Assembly: GCA_000388065.2 (NCBI GenBank) | Contig: KB932204.1 | Length of the DNA: 64,000 nt | Source of the DNA: Fonticula alba ATCC 38817 | Taxonomy: Eukaryota; Protista; Nucleariida | Direction: 5' to 3' (one strand) | Shown here: piece by piece, positions 36,772 to 49,044 of the stretch | Layout: each line of letters begins with the position of its first letter | Position numbering within the stretch: position 1 is the first letter of the stretch | The notes under the pieces: generated by a model | Told to the model about the DNA's origin: nothing | The model's database searches: none | The model's input: the letters and a program-made list of their open reading frames with translations, nothing else | Program-made: the position numbers and the translations under genes

Positions 36772-38530
36772 TTAGGATCCCTTCTCGGCCAGACATACGA
36801 CACAACCAACCGTGGCATTGGCCCCATTGGCCGGGTGCACCCGGCCACACGTGCACGGCTTGACCGGACGTGGGCTGACCGAGTGGCAGGGATTGCAGTA
36901 ATACTTGCCGGAGCACAGGAAAAGGGCCTCGTTGCAGCAGAAAAAGCACTTCCAGATCCAGTTGGACTGCTCGTGCTCGCACTGGGGCTTGTCCAGATCA
37001 CAGAAGGCGCATAGCTGTCCTGCCTCATCCTCGCCAGCCGGCCCGGCGATCTGGCAGTCACGCACGCCCTGGAAGAAGGGATGCTGTGGTTTGGGGATGG
37101 GCAGGAGGGATAGATAGAAAAGAGGAGGGGAGGGGGGGGGGGCGTGAGAACGGTGGGCAGGGAGGCGGGGGAAGAGGCGAAAGAGGGGCTCGGCAGACGC
37201 GGCAAAGGACAGGGTATTTCCCCCCTCGCCCACCCACCCACCCAACAAGAGTGCGCACCTTGCACCGGGTGCAGAGCGAGAAGATGTACCGCGAAAGATA
37301 GTCCGCCACCTCGGTGAGGACCTCCTCGTTGGCTAACTCGGGCCAGGTGTCTTCGGCAGTGGTGTTCTGTTGGTCGGCGGCGATGAAGCGCTCGGGCAGG
37401 GGCTCCCCGGTGTGCTGGAGGTACTTGATGAGAATTTGCATGCTCGGACGAATGTGGTTGCGGAGACAGGACGAGGCCAAGGCCGCCAGGGAGGCCGGAT
37501 CACGGAGGAGATCCACCCCGAGGCCACGCCGGCAGGAGGGACAGCGCAGGCACCCGGCATCGACGCGGCTGCCGGGGTTCATGGAAGCCGTCAACATCTC
37601 CTCCAGGCAGGCAACATGCAACGAATGCAGGCAATTTAATGTGATGATGGGGGTATCAGATGCGGGCCAGCTTTCAGGGTCCAACAGCAGGTGAAGGTAG
37701 GTCCGGTCATCCTCATTCGGGAACAGGTCGTCCAGGGCCTTGGTGAATTCGGCCACCAGGCCCGGGCGCCGGAATGCCGCGGGATCTTGAATTTGAAGGA
37801 AAAGCTCATAGCGACCATCGAAGAGGCGCCGAAGGAGCTCCCGGCTGCGCGCCTCGCCGCCCTCATCGAAGGGATGGAAGTCCATCGGCTGCTCGAGGCA
37901 CACCACGCATTGGGTAAAGCGCTCGACCATTTCGCGATGCTCATTGAAGCGCTGGAGGAGGTCCTGCACAAGGGTATCAAAGAGGATGTCATGCTGGCGG
38001 ACTTCCTGCTCCTCGGCATGGTGGATCTGCCCCAGCAGGGCGTCGGCCGTGGTGGCCAGGCTCCGGCTATTCTGGGTGACGAGCTCCTGCACCCGGCTGA
38101 AGTTGCCGATGAGCCGGTCCTCGGAGGCCAGAGACCGCTCAGCCGGCGACAGGCCGGTCGTGTCAACGGGAGCCGCCACGCTGTGGCAAATGTTCATGTG
38201 TGACAGCTGGGCCGCCACCTGGCCTGTCCAGGCGCCAGTGCGTTCGATACACTGGGCCACTGTCCGGATGGCGGCCAGGCGATCGGTCAGTGAGGGATTG
38301 GCCGCCAGGGATAGAAGGGCCACGGTCATGTCGGAAATGAGCGAGTCCACCGCGAGCGAGGGCTCGACCGCCTGGGCTGGCGGATTCAACAGCTCATCGG
38401 TGGCCGGAGGAGCGGGAGTAACCGACAGCTCGGCCTCCGGAGGGGTGAGCTCCGGCTGGGGATTGGCCTTCATGACATCGAGGGGCGCCGGGTGAGCGGC
38501 GACTGGAGCAACAAGGGCCTCGGCGGACAT
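36772..38530 (-). CDS. Compact MYCBP2/PHR-like RING-Cys-Relay (RCR) E3 ubiquitin ligase, ~527 aa, 2 exons
   Basis: Exons 38530-37259 and 37083-36772. RING-H2 (CVVC...CLHSLHVAC...CPSC) followed by YIFSLCTRCK-HPFFQGVRDC...LCAFC...CEH...WKCFFCCNEALFLCSGKYYCNPCH...HPANGANATVGCVVC, colinear with the MYCBP2 C-terminal RING-TC module. Confidence 0.85.
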
Positions 38531-39635
38531 GACTCGGAGGAGGGGCGAAAGACGAAGCAAGGAGCGAGGAAATCGTGTGTTTGTGGCTGAGTGAACAAAA
38601 GGGACTGGAGACACATGGTTGACATCTCAGGTGGGTGCTGGCTTAAAGGGACATGATCCGGGGTCGGGGAAGCCGCCACAAGAAGAGACCCCGGAGCCAG
38701 GGGACTGCCATTGGTCAGTGCCACGGACCTGCCTCAGGGTGGACCATGAGCACCGGCCCCACGCCACACACACACACACACACGCACATGCGCACAGGGA
38801 CACGCCAGACACACGGGGGGGGGGGGAGGGGGGGCGGGCGGGCGAGAACGAACAGTGGAGGAGGGGGGTGTCCAGCTCGCCTCCGATCACTTGGGACCTT
38901 GGAAATTTAGAGGCGGGGCATGTGCCCGTCCGGGCACCGCGCTCCCTCGGGCAGCTGCCCGATTCGAATGCGTCCCCAACCGGGCCCCCAGTTTGGATGA
39001 GGGGGAAAGGTGCGCGCCTGTCACGAGAACATATCTGTGGGATCAAATTGATGATGGAACACAGCAACGTGACCCTCGGGCTGGGGTCGGCTCGCGTGAG
39101 AGGGTGGCCGTGTGCCTTTCCCGACAAGCAAGGGGAGGGGAAACACACGAAAAGAGGCAGCGACACAACGCCGCGGCGGACCCGAGGCTAAAGAAGGGGG
39201 ACGCGCCTCGGGCGCCTGGAGCTGTGGAGAAATGCAAAGCATTGGCAAACGGCGAGTCACATGGTTGATCAGGTACAGGACCACTACAGCCGCCGCTCCG
39301 GGCTGGGCTCGATCTCCCGGCCTCCTGCCGACATCTGCCGTGAAAAGCCTGAGAAGCGGGCACAGCTCCCGGATGACGCTCCATGGATGAGCCATGCCGC
39401 CCCCCTCGCCTCCGCCCCCTCCCCCCGTGGCCCCTCTCATACATGGGCATCCCCTCACAAGCAGAAGAGAAACGTGCGATCTAAGGAGAAACACATGGGC
39501 GCCATTTCCAAAGGAGACGGGACTGAGGGAAGCAACAGAGACGCTCTTATTTGGAGGGGGAGGAGGAGGAAAAGAAGAAGGAACAGGGAGGGGGGGCAGG
39601 GGCAATGGGCTGACCCGTGCCAAGTCTATCACACC

Positions 39636-40398
39636 TCAGTACCCAGGAGGGCGAATGATCGGCTTGTTTTCATAATCCTCCTGCTCCAAGTCGAGGTGGC
39701 GCTGAAGCTTCTGTTGTACGCCGGTGAGGAGGAAAATGGGTGTCAGAGGCGGGGCAGGGAGGCTGAACAGACAGGAGGCGGAGAGGGAGAGAGAGAGAGA
39801 GAGGGAGGGAGGGGGGGAGCGACGATGGCAGGGGAGGGCCACAGCCACGCACGAAGTACTCCTCCTGGATGTTGAAAACCGGCCGAGGAGCATCCGGATC
39901 TTGAGCCTTGACCTTCTTCCGGGCCTCGGCCGAGGCGAACATGGTCAAAACCTCCGGGTCAATCTGACGACGTGAAGCGCAAATCGGCCGTTAGAAGGGG
40001 GCGGGGCGGGGCGGGGGGATCGGGCCGGAAGGGAGACAGGAAGAGGGACAGCGGGGCGAACTGGGTGGCGGTGGAGAGGTGAAGCAGGCCCGGAGGAGGG
40101 TGTTGTGAGGTGCGCGACGCACCAGGCGATTCCGATCCAGGCGATCCATCTTGGCCTGCATAAAGGTGGACAGCTGGATGGACCCGAGCACAACGAGGAG
40201 GATAAATGGCAGGCCGAAGGAGAGGAAGGGATTCCCCCGAGTAAAAGTGCGCAGACGATCCGTCAGACGCCGGGACTGGCTTTCGCGCATGAACTCCTCC
40301 ATGGCCTCCTGCTGGACCACATGCAGGTACTTGGGCGGCATGGGCAGCGGCTTCTCTTTGGTGGCAAGTCGCCGAAGCCAGTAAAGAGGTCCAGACAT
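39636..40398 (-). CDS. COX16: Cytochrome c oxidase assembly protein COX16, ~153 aa, 3 exons
   Basis: Exons 40398-40123, 39963-39853 and 39710-39636. TM segment PFLSFGLPFILLVVLGSIQLSTF, then FNIQEEYF and DYENKPIIRP. Confidence 0.85.
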
Positions 40399-41030
40399 GG
40401 TGGGCAGCTGTGGTGGATAGGCGGCGAAGGAGGAAAGATGGGGAGGGGCGATTGGCGGGGCGGGNNNNNNNNNNNNNNNNNNNNNNNNNNNNNNNNNNNN
40501 NNNNNNNNNNNNNNNNNNNNNNNNNNNNNNNNNNNNNNNNNNNNNNNNNNNNNNNNNNNNNNNNNNNNNNNNNNNNNNNNNNNNNNNNNNNNNNNNNNNN
40601 NNNNNNNNNNNNNNNNNNNNNNNNNNNNNNNNNNNNNNNNNNNNNNNNNNNNNNNNNNNNNNNNNNNNNNNNNNNNNNNNNNNNNNNNNNNNNNNNNNNC
40701 CCCCCCCCCCCCCCCCCAGCCCCCGGGGGGGGATTCTCCGGCGAGTGTTTGCCCTGGGTGAGGCGCCGATTCGTTGGCACGTGTTGGCTCCCAGCCCGGG
40801 CTCAGTAAGGTCCTTCGTGGATGATCCTGCCAGTGCCGGGACGCACCTCAGCAAGCCATTCATTTGTTCCCACACTCGGGGCCAGACCGGGGCCCGGTCC
40901 TGTGCCACCGCTCCCCCCCCTCTCGCCCCCCCCCTCCTACTGTACTCTCGCCGTCCCCCCCCCCCCCGCTTTTACTTGATCTATCCCCTCCCCATCCACT
41001 CGGCCCCCTGCTCGTACGCCTGCCGATAGA

Positions 41031-42320
41031 ATGACAAACACACCCACCCGCGCCACGGCGCCGGTGTCACTGGTCGTGGTCAGTGGCGCCCTTGGCAGTG
41101 GCAAGACAACCATCATCCTCCATCTGCTGGATGCCCTGTCGCGGCAGGGCTTGCGGATTGCCGTGCTGAAGAATGAATTTGGCGATGCGCAGGTCGATCA
41201 GGCGCTGTATCGCCGCGCGGCCGGGTCGGCCGACTCGAGGGAGTCCTCGGGGTCGGCCGAGCCTGCTGGCGGTGTGACTGAGGTCCGCGAATTGGCCAAC
41301 GGCTGCATGTGCTGCACGCAGGTGGGCCAGATCGAGGATGCCTTGCGGGCCCTGGTGCACTGGCGTCCGACGACGGCCCCGGCCGGGCCGCCGGATTTGG
41401 TCTTCATCGAAACGTCTGGCGATGCGCAGCCCGCCTCGCTGGCTTTGGAGTTGGCACGCATTGCCCAGAAGCCGCTATTGCCTCCCGGGACGCCGGCCGA
41501 CCAGCGAACCGGCGGCATTGAGGTCCGGCTGGATGCCGTTGTGGCCGTGGTGGACTGCTTGAATTTCTTCTCCGGCGCCGGAGCCACCGGACCATTTGCC
41601 GCCGGGCCAGATGGGTCGGCTGGCAGCTGGGTCCCAACACCGAGTGCCCTGCTTCAGGCACGCTTGGTGGATTTGGTCCTCCTGAATCGCATTGAGCCAG
41701 CCCCGGGTGAGACCGAGGCCGATGCCGACCGTCGCCTGGATCTGGTGCGTGATGTTGTGGACAGCCTGTTTGATGAGAAGCCCAAGCTCCGGGCCCCAGG
41801 TGGCCGGGTTGATCCGGCTCTCTTTCGGCTGACAGTGGCGGCGGCGGCGGCGGACACCGCGGCCGCCGCCACCGCGGCCACGGCCAGGCTCGAGGATCCC
41901 TGCGATCCGGGATGCACGTTGGGTACCTGCGACCATGCGGCGGCGCAAGATCCAACCCGGCCGACACATCAGCCTCTCCAGGTCCTGCAGGTTCACTCCC
42001 TCCGAGCAGATGGAGCCCTCCCCCTCGGCCAGGAGGCCTTCGAGGACCTCCTGGGCCGGCTGCCAGCCGAGCAGTGCTTCCGAGTGAAGGGGCACCTGTG
42101 GTTTGCTGACCAGCCAGCTGAGCGGCACATTTACAATGTGGCCTTCGGCCGCCTGGACCACATGAGCCATCAGGCGTATGAACATCGGCCGGGGGACAGT
42201 CAGCCGGGCGACGTGTCTCGACTGGTTGTCATCGGCCTCGATCTGTATATGGTTCTGGGCCTGGTCCGCCGGGCGCTGGGCGCCGCTGATGGGGAGACCT
42301 CCGTGGCACTGGCATCCTAG
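41031..42320 (+). CDS. COG0523/CobW (ZNG1-like) P-loop GTPase metallochaperone, single exon, 429 aa
   Basis: SGALGSGKTT, KNEFGD, ELANGCMCC (CxCC), IETSG and a CobW_C domain (FRVKGHLWF). Confidence 0.92.
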   Translation: MTNTPTRATAPVSLVVVSGALGSGKTTIILHLLDALSRQGLRIAVLKNEFGDAQVDQALYRRAAGSADSRESSGSAEPAGGVTEVRELANGCMCCTQVGQIEDALRALVHWRPTTAPAGPPDLVFIETSGDAQPASLALELARIAQKPLLPPGTPADQRTGGIEVRLDAVVAVVDCLNFFSGAGATGPFAAGPDGSAGSWVPTPSALLQARLVDLVLLNRIEPAPGETEADADRRLDLVRDVVDSLFDEKPKLRAPGGRVDPALFRLTVAAAAADTAAAATAATARLEDPCDPGCTLGTCDHAAAQDPTRPTHQPLQVLQVHSLRADGALPLGQEAFEDLLGRLPAEQCFRVKGHLWFADQPAERHIYNVAFGRLDHMSHQAYEHRPGDSQPGDVSRLVVIGLDLYMVLGLVRRALGAADGETSVALAS

Positions 42321-42675
42321 GGGGAGTTGTGCTCTAGGGTTTGCTTGTTTTTTTTTTCTCGCATCCGTGTGCATTCGTATGCATGTGTAGACCTGCACGA
42401 GCAACAATGTACCAAGGCCAGAAGGCGTGCGGAGGGACCTTGTTGCTGGCGGTGGTGCCGCCGCCTCCGGGGGGGGGGGGGGGGGGTTCTAAATGTAGGT
42501 GTATTCATTGGATCGGGAAGGTATCCTTCCACCGGGGCGACACAATCGTCTGCATGGCCGCCGAGGGGGCGCCGATGGTACATGAGTTGATATGGATATG
42601 TGCATGCGAAAGAGGCGAAGAGGAGAGGCGCATGCATGTGTGGCAAGGTAGGGGAGGACACATTTGGGAAGGGGC

Positions 42676-45600
42676 TTACTGACGGCGGAGGCGATCCAGT
42701 CGCTCCTTAATCGAGGCAAGGTTCGGTCGGGCTGTGCCGGGAGCGACATCGGCTGAGCCGGCAGGCAAAGACGAGGCAGCGGCCGGAGGCGCCGCCGAAG
42801 TCCCGGGAATCAGCGCGGCCGGAGTCAGCAACGGCGACAGCCGGGCGGCACGCTCCTCGGGGGAGTGATGCCCCGAGGTCGATGAGGGAGCCGCCGAATC
42901 GCCGGAAGAGGTGGGCCGGCCGAGGGCCGACGCGCGGCCAGCATCGACTACGGATGAGTTTCGGGGGGCGGGGGGGNNNNNNNNNNNNNNNNNNNNNNNN
43001 NNNNNNNNNNNNNNNNNNNNNNNNNNNNNNNNNNNNNNNNNNNNNNNNNNNNNNNNNNNNNNNNNNNNNNNNNNNNNNNNNNNNNNNNNNNNNNNNNNNN
43101 NNNNNNNNNNNNNNNNNNNNNNNNNNNNNNNNNNNNNNNNNNNNNNNNNNNNNNNNNNNNNNNNNNNNNNNNNNNNNNNNNNNNNNNNNNNNNNNNNNNN
43201 NNNNNNNNNNNNACTTGGTCCGCTCGGTCCCAGCGTCACCGCCAGCGGGGGGGGGGGGGGGAGGGAGAAAAAACCCCGACGCACCGGCATCATGGTAATC
43301 GGCAGCGTCGCCTTCCTCGGCCAGAACCCGATCAAGACCACGCTCAACAAAGCCCTTGACCGCATCTGGCTGCTGGGCCAGGAAGTCCTGGTAGAGGCGC
43401 TCCTCGGCTGGGAAGAACTGCCGGCGGAAGTAGAAGAGCTCGCGCAGACGCTGGCGGGTGTCCTCGTACTCGGAGATCTTCCGGTAGATGGTAGACAGAA
43501 TGTCGATCGGGGGGATGCCGGCCGGGAAGCGGATGCGTGGATCGGCCGGCGGAGCAGCAGGGGCAGCCATGGCGGCCATGGTGGCGACGGCGGCCGCATC
43601 GGCCAGCGGCGTTTGAGGGCTCCACATGGCGGGGCGGCTGCCGGCGGGAATGGGAGTCGTGGCGGCAAAGGACCCGGTCGAGTGGTAACCCGAGGGCAGG
43701 CCGCCGGGAATGGACGAGCGCGAGGGGGTTACCGCGCCGGCGGCTGGGAAGGAACCGGAAAAGGCGCTGGCGGAGTCGGTGGATGCTCCCCAGGCACCGT
43801 GGCTGCTGGGGCCGCCCGGGCCAAAGCTATTAGCTGGTGAGGCTCCAGCCGAAGAGGGCCCCCCAGCCGGCGGGGCGGCCACCGCCACCAGGGCGGCAGC
43901 CGCCCCGGGAGTGGGGAGCTGTGGCGACCCGGGCCCAGCGGCCGCGGCGTTGGCCCGTGCAGCACGGAAGCGCTCCAGGGTCACCTGAATGAGCGGGGCC
44001 AAGGGACTGTTGGTGAAGTCCGGGATCAGCCCCACATAGTTGTAAATGCTCTGATCCTTGGACTGGACAGCTTCGGAGATGAGATTGTTGATGGTCCGGA
44101 GGGGGTGGTCCCCGAGGACGGCCCCCTCGGCCGCGCGGCGCGACAGCATGGCCGGCGGGCAGGCAAGGAGGAAGTCTTTGCAGGAGGTCAGGGAGAAAAG
44201 GCGTTGGCAGAGGGCGAGGCCAGGGCAGAGGNNNNNNNNNNNNNNNNNNNNNNNNNNNNNNNNNNNNNNNNNNNNNNNNNNNNNNNNNNNNNNNNNNNNN
44301 NNNNNNNNNNNNNNNNNNNNNNNNNNNNNNNNNNNNNNNNNNNNNNNNNNNNNNNNNNNNNNNNNNNNNNNNNNNNNNNNNGGGGGGGGGGGCGGGGCGG
44401 GGGGAAACACGCACTGTGTAGGTCCAGGAGGAAGGCGTCCACATTGGAGGCCGGATTGGCCAGCCACCGGTAGAATACCTGGCTGTTCATCATCTTCCAG
44501 ATGCACTTCATAACCAGATCGGCCACCCGCTCGACGGGTGGCTGACGCGGGTCGAGGTCAACTGGCGAGCCAATGCTCAGGATGCCGGCTCCGCGGCCGG
44601 ACAAGCAAGCCCCCAGGATGCCCAGCAGGACGTGAATTGACCGGGACACATCGCCATTCTCCAGAACCCGAGTCATGGCCAAGTTAAAGGCTCGGCTGAG
44701 ATGCTCGCCATTGGGGAAGTGTGACCGAACCCGGGGGTCCAGCAGACGCAGGAGCAGCTCTCGGGCCACCAGCCCCACGGCTTCCGAGCCAACGCTCTGG
44801 GCCAGGATGAAGTCCCCGAACACCAGGACCAGCACACCGACCAGGTGCATGGCCAGACGCCCGACATCGGCCGGGGTGCCTGCTGCATCGGGCTGCTGCC
44901 CGGGCAAGGTGACACCCGTAAAGGAGGCCGAAAGTGACATATGCAGCTGCCGGACCGCGCTCGTGGTGATATGGTCCACTTCACTGACCTTGGCGATTGG
45001 CGACACGGAGAGGAGCTTCTCCAGGCGCTTGAGGGACTCAACATCGGCGAAGCTTGGGAAGGGGGTGGGGGGGGGTGTTAGAGGTCCGGAACAACAGGGT
45101 AATGTGTGAGGATCTCAGGAAACACGTGTGTGTGTGTGTGTGCGTAGGGGAGAAGGCGGTAGTATGGGAAGAGTGCATGGGAGACAGAGAGAGAGAGAGA
45201 GAAGGAGAGAGAAACGCACTTGGTCCGCTCGGTCCCAGCGTCACCGCCAGCCGAAAGAGGCGCATGGGCCACGCTGTCAGACAGCTGGAGGGAGAACCGC
45301 GGAAGCGAGCCTCGGTCAGCACCAAAGCTGCTGGCTGACAGGGGCATCTGGCCAAAGGGCACACTGCTGCCGGCGGGGGCAACCGGAGCGGGGGGCTCCG
45401 CCGCAGCGGGGACTGGCAGGGGTGCGGCGAAGGAGCCGGATCCCGGACGCTCGGCCACGGGAGCAGCAATGGCAGGCTCAGCACCAACCATGGATGGCGG
45501 CTGGGCATTTGCACCACCGGAGATAACCGACGGAGCGGCGCCCGGCTTCAGGTCCTTCTTCAGACGCTCGTCCACCATGCGCCGATGGGCAGCCGGTACA

Positions 45601-48600
45601 TGGCGCAGGATCCCGGCATCCAGCAGGTACAGCTGGCGCAGGAGATTGAGAGCCGTCTGCCGAAGGGCCGATGCTGCCGGCTCGCCGGCGGCCAGGTTGA
45701 GCAGCTGCGGAATAAAGCGCCCCGGGCCACCGGCATCCAGGCGCGGGTCGCTGGCCGCGGGATCGGCCCCAGGCCCGGCGCCACACGCGGCAACCCCCTG
45801 CGTGGTGACCAGACCCGCCAGAATCTCCAGGCCATCAACACGGATTTGGAGCTTCTTGGTCGGGCGCTGGACCGTGTCCCACACCAGGGCAAAGAATCGG
45901 GCCGCCGGATAAACCGCCGGGATGCGCTGGTGGTTGATTTGGCGCAAGGCCCGGCGCACCGGGTCCCGGAGCTCGCCCTGGCGCATGACCAACACAGGGA
46001 CCAGGATTCCGGCATCATAGTCGGCCAATGGACGACGCCGGGCCTCCAGCACACCGAGCATGGCATCCAGCACCGAGGCGGCCTTCATGTTGTTGGCGGT
46101 ATTCGAATCGAACAGCCGCAGCGTCAGGAACTTGTACAGCAAGTCCACATTCGGGTCCAGCAGGGCAAACAGCTCGTCCGGAGACCCGGCCGGGCCGCCA
46201 GGCCCCCCGGGAGCCGTCTGGCCGACCGCCTGCTCGAACAGGTCCAATGCTTGGGCATGGCGCCGGGGGTCGGTCGATGCCACCAGGGCCGCCAGCTCGG
46301 GCGTCAGGTGCCCCTCAACTTGCCCGGCCAAGCTCTGCTGGAATTCCGGCCGAGCTTGGTCAAATTGCCAGCGCAATTCCCGGCGAATGCGCGCCTCGCG
46401 CACCCGGGCATTGGACGGGAGGAAGGCAAAAGGCTCGGCCGGGGCCGGGGCCGGGACCGGGGCCGACGCAGCCGGAGTGACGGCCGACATCGGAGGAGAA
46501 GCTCCCCCACCGGGCGCGGCTCCCGCCGTCGGGGGCAGGGACCGCCCCCCGGCCGTGCCAGCGGCAGGACCAGCAGCAGTAGATGTGACACCCGGCCGCA
46601 TGAGTCCAGGCTTGGCACCACCGGCGGAGGCGGCACCTGGCCTAGAGGCCATGGCGCCTGGCCGAGCCGTGGCAGCGCCCGAAGCGGAGGGGCGCGCCGC
46701 CGGGGCAGCCGCCGCCGCCGCCCCTGCCGCCGCCGCCGCCGCCGCGGTACGGGCCGGCTTGGCGACCACGGTTGCCTTCTCGAAGGCGGCGCGAATCTTC
46801 TCCTGCTTGATCTTGTCCGTGCCCTCGAGGACCCCGGCCATAAAGCGCTCCCCGTGGAGACGCATCTGCGTGCCGAGGATGTCAAAGGCACACTCGCGGA
46901 TGGTCGAATCCGAGTCGTCCATGAGCTACGCAGCGGCAGGGCGGGCGGAGGAGGGTGAGAAGAAGGGCGAGGCAGGGATCCGGAGAAGGAGGCCGGCGCA
47001 TATGTACCTTGGTGGCCTGCTCACGCAGATACCGGGCCTCTGGCTGATCCGGGATGGTCTTGACCTTCTGCAGGTAGCGCAGGCAGGCCAGTGAGGTCTC
47101 CTTGCGAATGCTGGGATTCTTGTGGCCAAGACCGGGGGTAAAGGTCTCGGCATGCTCAAAGATGGTGCACGACAGGAGCGACGCGTCCACGGCCTTGGCG
47201 AGAGCCTCAACCACATTGCGGCGCTTCTCCTTGAACATGTCGATCAGAGCACCGAGATTCTGCCCGATAGAGAGGGAGTGGGGGAGCGAGGGAGAGGGGG
47301 AGCGAGGGAGAGGGGGAGAGGCGAGCGCGAGGCAGGTCAGCTAATGGCGCGCTGGGCACACACACACACACACACACACACACATCCCGGAGGAGGGCAG
47401 AGAGACAAGCAAAAGGGCAAGTGAGAGGGTGATGAGGCCGCACCGCGCTGACAAGCGGCTCGAAGGCCTCGCGCAGGCCGAGTGCCGCCAGCTCGATCAC
47501 TCGCGCGGCAGCCATGGCCACCATGACATTCGTGTCGCCGAGGGACTTCTTCATAAGACGAACGGCGTGCGCCAATGCCGGTGAGGGGGCCAAACGGGGG
47601 AAATCCACAACCTTGATGAGCTCATCGAGAGCCTCCTTGCGGGTTTTCCAGGTCCCGCCAGTCTGTGTCCAGCATGTATGTCAGAAAGGGAGGCCCCAGG
47701 CCAGGTGACACGGGAGGCAGTCGGTAGGGAGAGCGGCAGCAAAGTGCAGGCACACATACAAGCGATTCTTCCAGGTTGTCGGGGATGTTGGATGACACAT
47801 CCTTGGGCTCCAGCAATGAGAAGGGGTCCACCTCGGCCGGCTCTTCCGGGGCATCATCCCCGGCTTCGAGCCCGGCGTCCAGATCGGCGCCGCCGGTGGC
47901 AGCTGCCGGCTTCTCGGCCGCCAGGGCCTGAGCCCGAAGCTGAGCCCGAGTGAAGCGCGTCTGCACGGGGGGATCGGCTGGCTGAGCATCGAACAGGGCT
48001 TTCAGCTCATTTTGCTGAGACGAAAGGCAATCGAGTGGATCAGGCATTCGGTCGTGGCAGGGCAACAAAAAAAAGAAGGAAGAAGAGCAAGCCAATCTGG
48101 GCGGCCTTCACAATGAGGCAGAGGGAAAGAACCAGGCGTGGGGCAGATCTGCACGCACCTGAGCCGGCTTGAGGTTCGACAGGAGAGCTGTCAGCGGCGC
48201 GACACCGATCCAACGCCGGAGGCTGACGGCCAGCTGGGTGCCGGCACTCCGGACGCCGGGGTCCGAATGGGCGAAAATCTTTTCCAAGCACGCAAGCAAT
48301 GGCCGCGGATTGAGGGTTTTGGTGCCAAATTGCCTGGCCATTCAGGTGAACACAAATGGGTCAGCTGTGGGGACATCGTGACGAAGCTCGAGGGGCGGAG
48401 GGACCATCGGTGACCCGGGGAGTATGCCAGCAGGTGGGCCACGTACAGGGCCGCGTCGTTGAGGACAGCAATGACAGCGGCCACCAACTTCGGCAGGCGG
48501 TTGTCGAGGAAGGGAAGTAGCTCTTGAACTACCGGATCCGGCGTGCCGGCGGCCATGATGGCGAGGATGGTGTCATGCGCCTTGCTGCGGGTGATGGAGC

Positions 48601-49044
48601 GCGGCGAAGCCAGCCCCTTGTTCACCAGCCCCGGCAGCACGGCAGCAGGGGCATCACCCACCCGGTCGGCATTCTCGAAGAAGGTGCTGATCGCCACAAA
48701 CCCGGCGTCCAAGGCAATGTTGTTGGTGTCGGCAGACATGCCCTTGAGGAGGGGCTGCCAGCGGTCATATTCGCGCGAATCCGGGTCCAGCGTCCGGAAG
48801 AGAGTAGTCAACTCCTCGTAGCCACTGCGCCGGGCTTTCCAGGACTACAAGCACGTATGTGTGCATGGGGGAGGGGAGGGGCAGAAAGGGAGAAATGAGT
48901 ATGCATGCCCGCAAAGAGGGAAGAGATCCCGGGGGCCGGGAAATGTGCTGAGCTCAGGGGCCAGCGAGGGTGTACCTTGTGCTCGAGGCGAACAGCAAGG
49001 GGAAGGCTCAGCACCTCCTCATCGTTGCCAGCAGCGGCGTCCAT
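42676..49044 (-). CDS. CKAP5: XMAP215/ch-TOG family microtubule polymerase (CKAP5/Stu2/Alp14), multi-exon, interrupted by two N-gaps
   Basis: TOG1 (LPLAVRLEHK-SWKARRSGYEEL) and TOG2 (DTNVMVAMAAA, FKEKRRNVVEAL, HKNPSIRKET). A TOG5-like domain (RWQFDQARPEF, DLLYKFLTLRLFDSN) is followed by a C-terminal helical region ending IKERLDRLRRQ*. Confidence 0.9.

Noticed and set aside
43213-43246. 34-nt exact copy of the XMAP215 exon end/donor at 45218-45251, inside a later intron
   Set aside because: It sits between a poly-G run and an N-gap, so it is most likely a gap-filling or misjoin artefact rather than a recursive or duplicated splice element.
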